A stretch of 64,000 bases of DNA from the NCBI GenBank assembly GCA_021613535.1, contig CP075494.1, positions 5,580,001 through 5,644,000 of the forward strand, read 5' to 3'. The DNA comes from Adineta vaga. Taxonomy: Eukaryota; Animalia; Rotifera. Under the pieces are notes generated by a model that searched no databases, was not told the origin of the DNA, and saw only the letters and a program-made list of their open reading frames with translations. Below are positions 1 through 11,156 of the stretch, piece by piece (the first letter of the stretch is position 1; each line of letters opens with the position of its first letter). The position numbers were made by a program, and so were the translations under genes.

Positions 1-114
1 AGTGAAAGTGATGATAATGATATTCATGTGGTGTATACATATGAAAGACAAACAATCAAATATGTTCGAATGAATGAAAAATGGATTAAACAGAGTAAAA
101 AAACAACTGACTAA
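1..114 (+). CDS. 3' end of an upstream paralogue of the Asp-box sialidase-like gene (partial, runs off the window)
   Basis: Frame 1 reads SESDDNDIHVVYTYERQTIKYVRMNEKWIKQSKKTTD*. Nt 1-92 are identical to 4107-4198. Confidence 0.8.
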   Translation, partial: SESDDNDIHVVYTYERQTIKYVRMNEKWIKQSKKTTD

Positions 115-732
115 TTCGTAGGTTTCTGTCTTTGCTTAATATTATATAGTTTCCTTTCTGAATTTACAATTATATCCATTTTAAATAAAATATTATGAGT
201 AAATAACGACACAAATATGTCGGTATGTTTACTTCTTTATGCAATACTGAATATAAAATTATAACAAAACTTAGTAATAGAGTAAATTCTTTTGTTAATG
301 ATACTACTCTCTTTTTTTTGGAAAAGAGATTTATTCAAAACTTTACGGTTTTTCTTCTTCTCTATCAGCATGATAATCAAACTAGGGAGAAAATTTATCT
401 GAAACACCCACTTAAACTGCTCAATTATTTCGAGGGTCATTTTAATTTACATCTCATTAAGAGTCATTAACTTGCATATGATTCATTTTTAACACGAAGA
501 AAAGCTACAGCAGATTGAAGATTTTCTTGAATGAAAACATGCAAATGTCGACGTGTTACGTTAGAATTTCTTTTGGTTCTTCCAGGATCGAGAGAAGATC
601 GCATTTTTTCAAATGAACTTAATGAATTTGATCGTGCCTAAGAGTTTCCTTATCTTTAATGTGTCGTCTGTATCCATATATAGATGTTAAAACGAAGAGA
701 AACTCATTTCAAATAGGCAGCTTTCTTTTCAA

Positions 733-1826
733 ATGTCCGATCCCTTTATATTATCGTTGAATTATGCTTCCACTCAAATCTATATTTATATGGGAATTGT
801 ACTTATTATCAGTGGTGTATTTGGTGGATTGATGAATATCATTGTTTTTCTCAGTCTTGAGATTTATCGACAAAATTCTACAGCATTTTATCTAATTATT
901 GTTTCAATTGTTAATATTGGTCAGTTATTAACAGGTCTACTTTCTCGAGTTCTTATCAGTGCGTTTGGATTTGATTGGACTGAGTCGTCATTAGTCTTTT
1001 GTAAACTAAGATATACTATTTTTCAAGCATGTGGAATCATATCTCCCATGTGTTTATGTTTGGTAACTATCGATCAATTCTTAGCAACATCTGCTCGTCT
1101 ACAATGGCAACGATGGAGTAGTATTAAAGTTGCACATAGATCATCATCTATATGTATCATCTTTTGGCTTCTGTATGGAATTCCATATCTGATTTATTAC
1201 AATCCAACTCTTATAAACAGCACTAAACAAACAGGTTGTATGATAACAAATTCAAATTATCTAAAATATTACAGTAGTGTTCATACTCCTATAATAATGG
1301 GTGCTATTCCAATTATCATTACAACTGTCTTTGGCTTCTTAGCATATCGAAATGTGAAACAATTTTCTCATCGAGCAATTCCACTTGTTCGTCGTCGACA
1401 TGAAACTCAATTGACAATTATGGTTTTTGTTCAAATTATTTTCAATATATTTGCTACAACACCTGTCTTTGTTATACGTACTCTTGCCTCTCAAACTACT
1501 CTAACGAGCGATCCAAAAATTGGTGCTCAAATGCAATTTGCAATTGCGTTAACAACTGGTATCTATTATTTCTATTATGCCGTAAGATAGAATTCTTTTT
1601 TTTCTGTGAGATGAACTCGATGTGTTTATTTTAGGTTCCATTTTACATTTACGTATGTGTATCGGAACGATTTCGAAACCAACTTCGTTATGTGATTATT
1701 GATATACATATGAATCGATGTCGAAGATTGAAAAGAAATGATGTGACACCACAGACACAAGTTGCACCAAAAAGTGGAGGACAACAAATAACAGTTGAAA
1801 ATATCGAACTTGTCTCGAAAAAATAG
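733..1826 (+). CDS. Orphan rhodopsin-like 7TM GPCR, copy A (2 exons; intron 1582-1634)
   Basis: Hydrophobic helices with GxxxN in TM1 and IDQF at the DRY position. GT..AG splicing restores TM7/helix 8 VPFYIYVCVSERFR. Confidence 0.85.
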
Positions 1827-3046
1827 TTTCATTTTATTGTAAAGTTTTGATTTATATCAATAATATTTTTGGGGAAAAGTCATTTAGAACATTTTTAAAA
1901 ATTGTTTTTTAAGAACATTTCTATTTCTTTTATCAAAGCGTAAATAAAATTCTTTTATATAATTAGTAAACCAATGTTCATTGGTTCGGGAAATTATCAC
2001 TTAAGCGCGAATAATTTCCATGAAATGTTATCATTATAAAAACATATCAAACAAAATAAACTGAATACAAAGTCACGTACATTCTTCAGGACATATAATT
2101 GTTCTTGTACTATTAAATTTATTATCAATAACGAAGCTCTTGAATGATACTGTTGTTTTTCACATGATAGTAAATGTGTCCTAGTTATTTTAATTATGAA
2201 AGAAAGGTCAACCCCTTATAAGAAAAATGCATGACTGATGGCACAAGTTTCGAATAACTGTTTTTCAACATAGACTAACCTGTATAGAACAGTTCATAAA
2301 ATAACCAATTATAAAATATCTTTAGTCGAAATAAATTAGATATCTATTACAGCTTAATCGAATATTTGACCAACTTTTAACGAAAATCGAGATTCGTAAA
2401 TATATTATCGATGAAAGAAAAAACGGAATTATATAATTAGCAACTGCACTCCAAACAACACTATTAAAATGAATCATCGATAGAAAACAGTAATGTTCAT
2501 TAGATAAAATAAACGAAAGAAAGTCTAGAATAAAAAAGAAAATAATCGTTTCTTATTATAATAATTTAGTTTAAAAGTCACTATCTTCACGAGAAAAGTA
2601 CTGTATAAGGCACACATAAATATACTAAGAAAAGAGCCATAGAATTCTCTGAAGTTACGATACTAGTTAAATGAGACAAACTTGGACTTCAATTTTGAAT
2701 TTGTGCATCGGCAGTACTCCCTTCCAAAGTAGAATAGCTCGAGCAATTAGAAATGTTAAATCCATTTCGTTTCTTCATTGTAAATATATGTATTTTCTTG
2801 AAGAAAATATTGAATGAGTTTAAGAAGTGAATTCACATTATGTTATCATTTATTTTAATCTGATTTTAAGCAATGCATTACTCGCAGATTGTGTGCAGAA
2901 AAGTGCTTATCAAATATGTCCAATAGTCTTTCAAGACAAACAGTATGATGAAAAATGCAAAGAAAGAAATATGAGAAAATGACACAGATGTTTTTCCATT
3001 CAGGCATCTTTTTGATCTTTGATTTTATGATGAGAAAAATAATATA

Positions 3047-4208
3047 ATGAAAAGAGTGTTGTTCTCGATGCTTTTATTCTTTATTCTTTTTTCACAATCA
3101 TCTCTGACAACAACAACAATTCCATATGATGGCATCATTCATCGATCATCAGATGGTACTTCATATGCATACCTTGCTCCACCTCGTACTGGAAATCATG
3201 CAGCATTCATTGAACAACTCACACCTCACGATACACTCGCCATTGCATGGTTTACAGGTGGTGAAGGATCACCTAATTGTTCCATCGCAGTATCACTTCT
3301 TCAACGAGGATCACAACAGTTCACTCCAGGTGTCATTGTGAGTGAACGTGTCAACTATTCCAATCAGAATCCTGTTCTTTTCTGGGATAATCACACACAA
3401 ATTCTTCATTTGTATCATTCGTCACAATTAGGAAATGCAGGTGAAACCAACTCACAACTCTGGCATGTTCAAAGTGAAGATCGAGGTGAAGAGAATTGTG
3501 TTTACATGAGAGAATGTTATTTGTATTTCGTATGTAGGTGCAACATGGTCTCGACCGGAAGCATTCTATACAGTAGCAGGTGCATTTGATCGAAATCGTA
3601 TCATTCCAACATTGAATAACAACGGTCTCATCTTTCCATGTTATAATACATCAACAAATGATGGTTATTCCTTTATACTTCGTTTATTATTCTCAACATC
3701 TACATGGACACGAACTGATATATCAGAAAGTGTTCATCTTGTTCAACCATCGATTGTGCGTTTGCATCAATCATCACAATTACGAGCATATTTTCGTGAT
3801 CGAAATGCCCTCTCCGTTTTTTATGCTGATAGTTTTGATGATGGTTTAACATGGTCACCACCTTCACCCACATCATTACCGAACAATAATGCAGGTATTC
3901 AAGCTTATACATTAAGAAGTGGTGCTATCATTATGACATACAATAATCTCAATGGTACACATCATCCACGATCACCCTTGACTGTTGCACTTTCATATGA
4001 TAATGGAATGACATGGCCATACAAACGAGATATTCAAGTTCATGATGATGATAATAGTACAATTGTTGGTGAATATTCGTATCCATCTTTGTTGCAAAGT
4101 GATTGGAGTGAAAGTGATGATAATGATATTCATGTGGTGTATACATATGAAAGACAAACAATCAAATATGTTCGAATGAATGAAAAATGGATTAAACATG
4201 GACAATGA
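3047..4208 (+). CDS. Secreted BNR/Asp-box sialidase-like beta-propeller glycoside hydrolase (intron 3486-3537)
   Basis: Signal peptide. Asp boxes SEDRGATWS (restored by splicing), SFDDGLTWS and SYDNGMTWP. NQNPVL, QPSIV, RSPL and EYSYPS motifs of the bacterial/fungal BNR_2 family. Confidence 0.85.
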
Positions 4209-4684
4209 ATTGTCAGTGAATCTTGAAATAGCTGATTATAAACTGTTGCTTAGTTTTTTTAAAGATAGAATACAGTAATCGATAGTTCGTTGATTTAAGA
4301 AAATAAATTTAAATAAGATACAATATATTCATTGTGAAAGCACTTATGCAATATACAGATTCGAACTTGGAACTGTCCGGTTCAACGTAATATACTTTAT
4401 GCTCATATTAAATAACTGTATGAATTGCATATCAACATTTGTATTTTAATCGAATACCTTCAACAAAATACTAATCCTTTCTATGATTTTCATCAATGAA
4501 AGACTGATTCATTTTTTCATATTCAATAATCATTGAAAACAATTATGAATATTCAAGTACCACTTAATATTATTCTGATTCATACAAACGAAAACCCTCG
4601 CCTCAATTTGATTTTTCATGAAAAATACTACTTTGGGTATATAAAGAATCTAAAAAAAGTAATCGATTCAAAAGTACCTTTAAC

Positions 4685-7201
4685 ATGACTGTTAATACCG
4701 ATAGTATTCGAACGTTTATTCGTGAATTAGAAACATTTTTACTACATGATAATATCTTCAAGGAAAGTGACGCTCATCCATTACTCATTCTTCGTAATCA
4801 ATTACAAGAGATGGATGATCAATTACAACTGATAGCAATTGATACACAACGAAAACTGGTCTCTGATCTTTATTGTTTGGAAATGAAGTATTGTTTCTAT
4901 TTAATTCAACAATATTCTGCACTAATTCCATTATCTTTGATCAAAGCTTTACTCGATACAATTCGTTTTCAAATCAACATGAACATGAATCTTCATCCAT
5001 CACTTACTGATCATTATTTTCACTTATCTTTAATATATCTAACTACAGATTCAACAATCAATTATCTCAATAATAAAAAAGAAGTTTCGACTAATTTCGA
5101 TGAATTATTTCTTCGTTTCTTTTCTTCCATTGGTTCACGTGCTGTGTATATTAAAACAAATATATCCTATTCAATCTGTGTATCATATAAAAATATTCCC
5201 GAATTTTTCCAACTAAATTCATCCACGGAAAGTCTCCTTCAAGCCATTCTAATCTATCTGAATAATTACTTTTTCAATAATCATCAACAATATGAATGTC
5301 ACACATCAATCTTACAATGGCTATTAACATTAACAAATATCTACGGATTCGTACCGTATTTTGTTAAAACTGATTATCCGAATAGTGTCTTACAATGGTT
5401 GAAAATGAAACCTGATCAAGCAAAACATATATCTCTTCCTTGTTGGTTTTTAATTCTGAATTTATTACATAATATCGCACGTCATCGAATGGGCGTTAAG
5501 ACACTCAATAAATTGAAAGCGATACCAATTCTAAAACAATGGAAAGATCAATTTATATCGGAATTAATCTCCTTAGAAAATAATGAAACGGATAAAGATA
5601 TTCTTATTGCTTATCATCTTGTCTATGCAATTCTATTAGAACCCAAAGAATTAAAAAAAGAAGATATATCAAATATTCAAATTGTACTTGATTACATTCT
5701 CGAACGAACAATTCAAGCATTTCAATCGATAGATTTATGTTTTGGTCCTTATAATATCTGTGAATATTTAAATGGATTAACAAAATTTGTTGTCAATGAT
5801 CAATGTCTTTTGTATATCATCTCTCGTGAGAAGATGTTCGATTTATTTATGGAAAATTTTCTTCGATTAAATACGAATTATCAATCGACAGATTTAAATA
5901 CGATTATTTGTTCATTACTTTATACAATTTTTTGGTCGATTAGTTTTCAAGGTGAATATCATATGAAATTGAAATCGAATGAACAATTTCTTCCCTATGT
6001 TGAACAAATCTCGAAAATTGAATCGATTGATGAACGTATAATTATGATGAAACGAGCAGCAAAAGGAATTCTATTTAATCTTGATCTTATTCAAATGGAT
6101 ATTCAACCCATTGAAGAATCAATCAATGATAATCAAATGAAAATTATGATTTCCTATGCACATAAAGATACAACATTTTGTCAAAAACTTGTGAAAAATC
6201 TTCAAGAAATTTGTCAAGATGATATTTGGGTTGATTTTAATAAATTATCAGCACCCTATGAAGATGATTGGGAAGAAATAGCTATTGCAATTACACAATG
6301 TGATGTGATTTTAATGATTGTTACGGAAAATTATTGTAGTTCGAAAAGTTGTCGACGAGAAGCGATACATGCTGATAAACGTAATAAACGTATGATACCG
6401 ATTTATCAAGGAAAAGATTATAAACCAGATGATTGGTTTGAAATTCGTTTGGGTTCAGCGATATGGGTACGTTTTGGAGATAAAAAAAGTGATGACGATG
6501 TATTGAAAACTTTACTGGAATTAATTCATGCAAAAGATAAAGTCAAACGAATTGTTAACGATCAAAATTCTACTCATGAACAACAAATAAATACATCTGT
6601 AATTACAGAAAAAAATCTTTCTTCAATACCAAAATCTTCTCATGTCAATCCGGTTAATTCATCAAATTTAACTGTATTGACATCTTCAATCGAACAATGG
6701 ACTTGTGAAGAAATACAACAATGGCTTCATTTGCCATCAGGAATTCTTCAATTCTCATCAGGTCAAGCATTAATAACTTATATGAATTTATTATCATATC
6801 CCGAGGCACAATATGATGAATATAAACATCGAATGCATAGTCATGGTGTTAGTCGAGAACAATTCGCAAATTTAATAGGATCATTTTCATCTATTCGTTC
6901 AACGGAACAAAACTTGAATGCAAAACTAGCAGAGCAATGGACGTATGATGAAATGAAATCTTGGTTTCAACAAAATCATCTATCAAATGCTTTATTTCAT
7001 ACATTGAACTTTACTGATGGATCACAACTGTTGACCTATGCACAAATACTAATCGGTTTCTCATCCCATACTGAAGATGAATACAATCGATTACGAAATC
7101 AAATTGGAAAAGATCTTTTTCATCTTGATGAATATGCTCGACTTTTAAATGGTTTAAAAAACCTTCTTCATCCTTCAAAATCACAAAAAAACCTAAAGTA
7201 A
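4685..7201 (+). CDS. Helical/ARM-like + TIR + 2x SAM-like protein, intronless
   Basis: TIR box MISYAHKD...IWVD and SKSCRREA (catalytic-position Glu). SAM-like starts IEQWTCEEIQQWL and AEQWTYDEMKSWF. Confidence 0.85.
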   Translation: MTVNTDSIRTFIRELETFLLHDNIFKESDAHPLLILRNQLQEMDDQLQLIAIDTQRKLVSDLYCLEMKYCFYLIQQYSALIPLSLIKALLDTIRFQINMNMNLHPSLTDHYFHLSLIYLTTDSTINYLNNKKEVSTNFDELFLRFFSSIGSRAVYIKTNISYSICVSYKNIPEFFQLNSSTESLLQAILIYLNNYFFNNHQQYECHTSILQWLLTLTNIYGFVPYFVKTDYPNSVLQWLKMKPDQAKHISLPCWFLILNLLHNIARHRMGVKTLNKLKAIPILKQWKDQFISELISLENNETDKDILIAYHLVYAILLEPKELKKEDISNIQIVLDYILERTIQAFQSIDLCFGPYNICEYLNGLTKFVVNDQCLLYIISREKMFDLFMENFLRLNTNYQSTDLNTIICSLLYTIFWSISFQGEYHMKLKSNEQFLPYVEQISKIESIDERIIMMKRAAKGILFNLDLIQMDIQPIEESINDNQMKIMISYAHKDTTFCQKLVKNLQEICQDDIWVDFNKLSAPYEDDWEEIAIAITQCDVILMIVTENYCSSKSCRREAIHADKRNKRMIPIYQGKDYKPDDWFEIRLGSAIWVRFGDKKSDDDVLKTLLELIHAKDKVKRIVNDQNSTHEQQINTSVITEKNLSSIPKSSHVNPVNSSNLTVLTSSIEQWTCEEIQQWLHLPSGILQFSSGQALITYMNLLSYPEAQYDEYKHRMHSHGVSREQFANLIGSFSSIRSTEQNLNAKLAEQWTYDEMKSWFQQNHLSNALFHTLNFTDGSQLLTYAQILIGFSSHTEDEYNRLRNQIGKDLFHLDEYARLLNGLKNLLHPSKSQKNLK

Positions 7202-7932
7202 TATATGATTTTGTGACATACTATTTGATTCGATGAATTTGACATTCTCATAAAATAATTATTATGTCTTTTGGACTAGTAGTTATAGATTCTTTGTAAA
7301 CAATAATATTCATTCGCTGATCTCACAGTTTCATGTACGTCTATGTTTCTATCCCTATTAGCTATTATAATATGAGTTTGATAGACACAAGATTAAAAAC
7401 CAAATATTCGATTAATAGAATAAGACTTTACATTGAACAGGGTGCTCTATAAAAATTGCATATTTATTTATTTATGTAGATTATATTTGACGTCGTTGTA
7501 TGTCAGCTTGACTGAAATACAATATCCATTTCTATTTTCATCTTTTCAACTAAATCTGCTGATATATAGTTTTCAGATGCAAGCATTCATAATTCGCAAA
7601 GAGCTTTTGTGCTTCTTAATGATTTACTCAAAGTAAATGGTTTTTTAGAATAGAAATAGAAAGAAGGATCGGAAATTGAGTCGGAAGAAAGTGTTTGTTT
7701 GTTTGTTTCATAGAGTATCATTTAAACCTGTTCATTATATTCATGGATACGTCTGTTCTAAGATCAATTGAGAAAAATAACAAATCCTTGACTTAAATTG
7801 AATTTATTTTTTTATGTAAAACAACAATTTCAAAGCATAAAGAAGAGCACACGACATAGAATACAATAGAATTTTCATCAGTTCATACTTCACATATAAT
7901 CATATGACGAAGCATAGGTTTATTTACAGTTT

Positions 7933-9033
7933 TTAATGATGATTAACATGTGTTGTGCATGCTTTTCTCGTTTTTGTAAATGAATTATTTATACTGTCTA
8001 TTCCATTTTCTGCATTAAGTCCTTGTTGAAGTCTCATAGGAAGACATCTCATGATACAAGTTGCTGTTAAAATAATTTTGAATCCATAAAGAATAAATTG
8101 TTTTATTTCAAGACGAAATTTTGGACCAGAAAGAGTATAAATATAAAAACTAACAGCTGGATTCATGTAATACAACATTCGAGAAACATTAAATGCAAAA
8201 TTATAAATCGCTTGATTCATTGTTGAAAATGTATATTTCAAAATAGTTACACCAATGGCACTGAACATATTAATCAAAGCCCAAGGTGCAACGATAATTG
8301 TAGTAATCAATACTTGACATAAAAGCATAATAACTAATTGACGATCATTAGAACGTAAACGTTCATTTCTTCTATTGTTTTCTTGTGGAATAATACGTTT
8401 TCGAATTAAACGAACATTCAGAATTGTTAAAATACCAAAAGTACCCATTAATATAATCGGTAAAATACAAGAAACAATAGGCACAAAAATATTGAAGAAA
8501 ATAAGATATTCATTTGGCAGAATTGTACAAGTTGATATACCATTGATAGGTTCAGCTCGAGCAAATACTAATACATGGATATTACTTAAAAATGTTAGTA
8601 AAGTTGTAATTAAAATAATCTTCCATGCGACTGATACAGTACTCAATTGACGAAAACGTATATTACGTGAACTTGAAAGATATCGATCAATACTTGCAAG
8701 AACAATAAACCAAAGGACTAAACTAAGAGAAGGATAGACAAGTATATGACGTGTTTTACACCAAATCATACTAGTTGCTGAAGGATCGTACGCCCAACTA
8801 GTTGCCAAATAACGTGTCAATAAAGCGACATAGATAACAAGAAGATTAGCAAGTGAACCAGCTAAAAAATACAATGAACACGGATTTGTACGTAGTGCAG
8901 GACGAGTAAAGATAATAATATTACAAAAATTTCCAAATGTTCCAAAAATAATAGTAATGATTGGACTGAGACGATTGATCCAAAATGCAATACAATCAAG
9001 AATTGCAATGACATGATTATTTGAAGTCAACAT
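7933..9033 (-). CDS. Orphan rhodopsin-like 7TM GPCR
   Basis: GTFGN in TM1, SIDRY, and NPAVSFYIYTLSGPKFR in TM7/H8. First ATG is at 9033. Confidence 0.9.
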   Translation of the reverse strand: MLTSNNHVIAILDCIAFWINRLSPIITIIFGTFGNFCNIIIFTRPALRTNPCSLYFLAGSLANLLVIYVALLTRYLATSWAYDPSATSMIWCKTRHILVYPSLSLVLWFIVLASIDRYLSSSRNIRFRQLSTVSVAWKIILITTLLTFLSNIHVLVFARAEPINGISTCTILPNEYLIFFNIFVPIVSCILPIILMGTFGILTILNVRLIRKRIIPQENNRRNERLRSNDRQLVIMLLCQVLITTIIVAPWALINMFSAIGVTILKYTFSTMNQAIYNFAFNVSRMLYYMNPAVSFYIYTLSGPKFRLEIKQFILYGFKIILTATCIMRCLPMRLQQGLNAENGIDSINNSFTKTRKACTTHVNHH

Positions 9034-9705
9034 TGTTCTAAATCTGATTTCGATAATTAGAAATCGAATAATCAAGTCTATTTTTTTTCCAGAAAATAAT
9101 TAATATCCTTTATAACACAAGTGAACTAAAAATTCCGTGAAGTTGAACAAGAATTGATTAGAATAGCAACTTTCTCACTGTAATACTAAGCCATTTTTGG
9201 TGTAGAAGTTGTGAGAACAGTTCTTTTTTGTCAAATGACAGTAAGAATTTGATTGAAGATATTCTTAAATACTTCGAAAGAAAAAGATTGAAAATGATTT
9301 CTCGGATTATCTGAATAGAAACTCTGATGCGTATGAAAACTGTAAACAAAAATTCAAGTAAGAACAGTATTTCTTCATGCATTCTCATTAATTGTTAAGT
9401 ACACTCAAGACGAATTTTAATCACAAGAAAAAAAATTGCTTTACTCGATTTATCTTCTAAATAATGATCCTGTCAATTTGACCTGATGGAAATACAATGG
9501 TATTTGAGTGAGTTTATGTCAAAGATTAATATCAAGTTCTTTTTTCTTTTCACTTGCGTGAGTTTTTCATCTGCTTCTACTAGGAAAACTAAATGATAGA
9601 TATCAACATCAATTTCAATTCTTCGAATGATTGCTTTCAGAAAACTATACTGATATTTGAAAAGTACAGAACTATTTTAATTAATTAATAGAAAACAGAA
9701 AACTA

Positions 9706-10675
9706 TTAACATGAAGAAACGTTTTGTGAACATGTATTGTTAATACTTTGGATAATATCAAGTACATCATGGGATTGAATAACATTGATTCCATGTTTTT
9801 CAAATTCATTAAGTCGATTTTCAATTGATTGATGATCAACACCTCTACATGCATCTTCGATAACATATGTTTTATAATTGAAAAGAGCTGCATCAATTGC
9901 TGTTGATCCTACACAATAATCTAAAGCTAAACCGGTTACAAATACATGTGTGACATTTTGTGCTTGTAATTTGTTATGTAATTCTGTCAATTCTAATCGG
10001 TTATTATCGGCAAATGCTGAATAACTATCAATATCTGGATCAGTTCCTTTTCTTATATAAATAACGTTTGAATCTTCAGATAATTGAATAAGATCTTCAT
10101 GTAATTCAGCTTCTTTGGTATTTTTAACACAATGTGTAGGCCATAGAACTTGTTCTGTTTGATATTTTGGACCAGTATATGTAACTTTATCAAATACTTT
10201 TGAATCTTGATGAGTTTTATCGAATAAAAAGTCTTTTCGATGTAGAAGATTATCAATAAATGATATATGATCTTTCGGATGCCAATCTAATGAATAAGCG
10301 ACAACATCAAATGGAACTGTTTGAATTAAATGATTGATATGTGGAATAACATCACCACCATTATGTTGAGCAGGACTATTTGATAATGCTAATGCACCAT
10401 CGATAAAACAATATTGAACATCAATAATTAGAAGTGCAAAGACATTCTTTGATGTACGGGAAACTACAAAACAAAAATAAGAAGTATTGACAGGTGTTAT
10501 CAATCAAAATAAAAAAAATAAAGGATGATTAGATGTTAATCTGTATGTCTAGTGAAAGGAAAGGAGGATTATATTGGTCGATTATGATCAACTTACTAGT
10601 TTCTGTTTTATTATCTAATATGTTTGCTCCAATCGAAATGATTTTCACAAGAATGAAAATGAACAAAGATTTCAT
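9706..10675 (-). CDS. Nicotinamidase (PncA/Pnc1/Naam, isochorismatase family) with a signal-peptide exon (exon 1 10597-10675, intron 10464-10596)
   Basis: Motifs LIIDVQ, DWHPKDHISF, LWPTHCV, RKG..DSYSAF and GLALDYCV give the catalytic D/K/C and metal-binding D/H/H. Upstream exon MKSLFIFILVKIISIGA splices in phase. Confidence 0.9.
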
Positions 10676-11156
10676 TGTTTTTATATCTAAAATCTAACAT
10701 TTTTATTCATTAGATTTTTTCTCACTAAAAAATGATCGATAAAAAAGAAAAACAATGTATTTATTTCATGTAAAATATAAAAAATCTATATATTTATATA
10801 CTCTATAGTTAACGGTTATTTCACGGATCAATAGTTTGTTTGCTATTTAACTTTTGACACAAGAAAAGAAGAAAAAAATACAACTAAACAGTACAGCTAC
10901 TTTCCACCTACGAAAATATTTTTCTCGTGGACGGTAATTACGATATTTATCGTACCGAGAAAAAAACAAAAGAATCTTATCGTTTATTTTATGAAGTCTA
11001 TCAATAGTTTGTATGTGGGCAGATAAAAATGATGTACGCCTACGAATTTATTGGATATTTCTTGTAAAATCAAATTAAAACAGAAATTACTTAAAAATAA
11101 CAACTAACATCGTACAGAATGAATTTACAAAAAAAGAATTAAAATGATTTCTAAAA

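Noticed and set aside
225-470. Short ORFs 225-470 and 237-440, and the many 60-100 aa ORFs overlapping real genes
   Set aside because: AT-rich intergenic or antisense/shadow frames with no recognisable motifs.
9706-10503. Nicotinamidase as a bacterial HGT
   Set aside because: Its insertions and motifs resemble invertebrate Naam/PNC-1 enzymes, so vertical inheritance is more likely.
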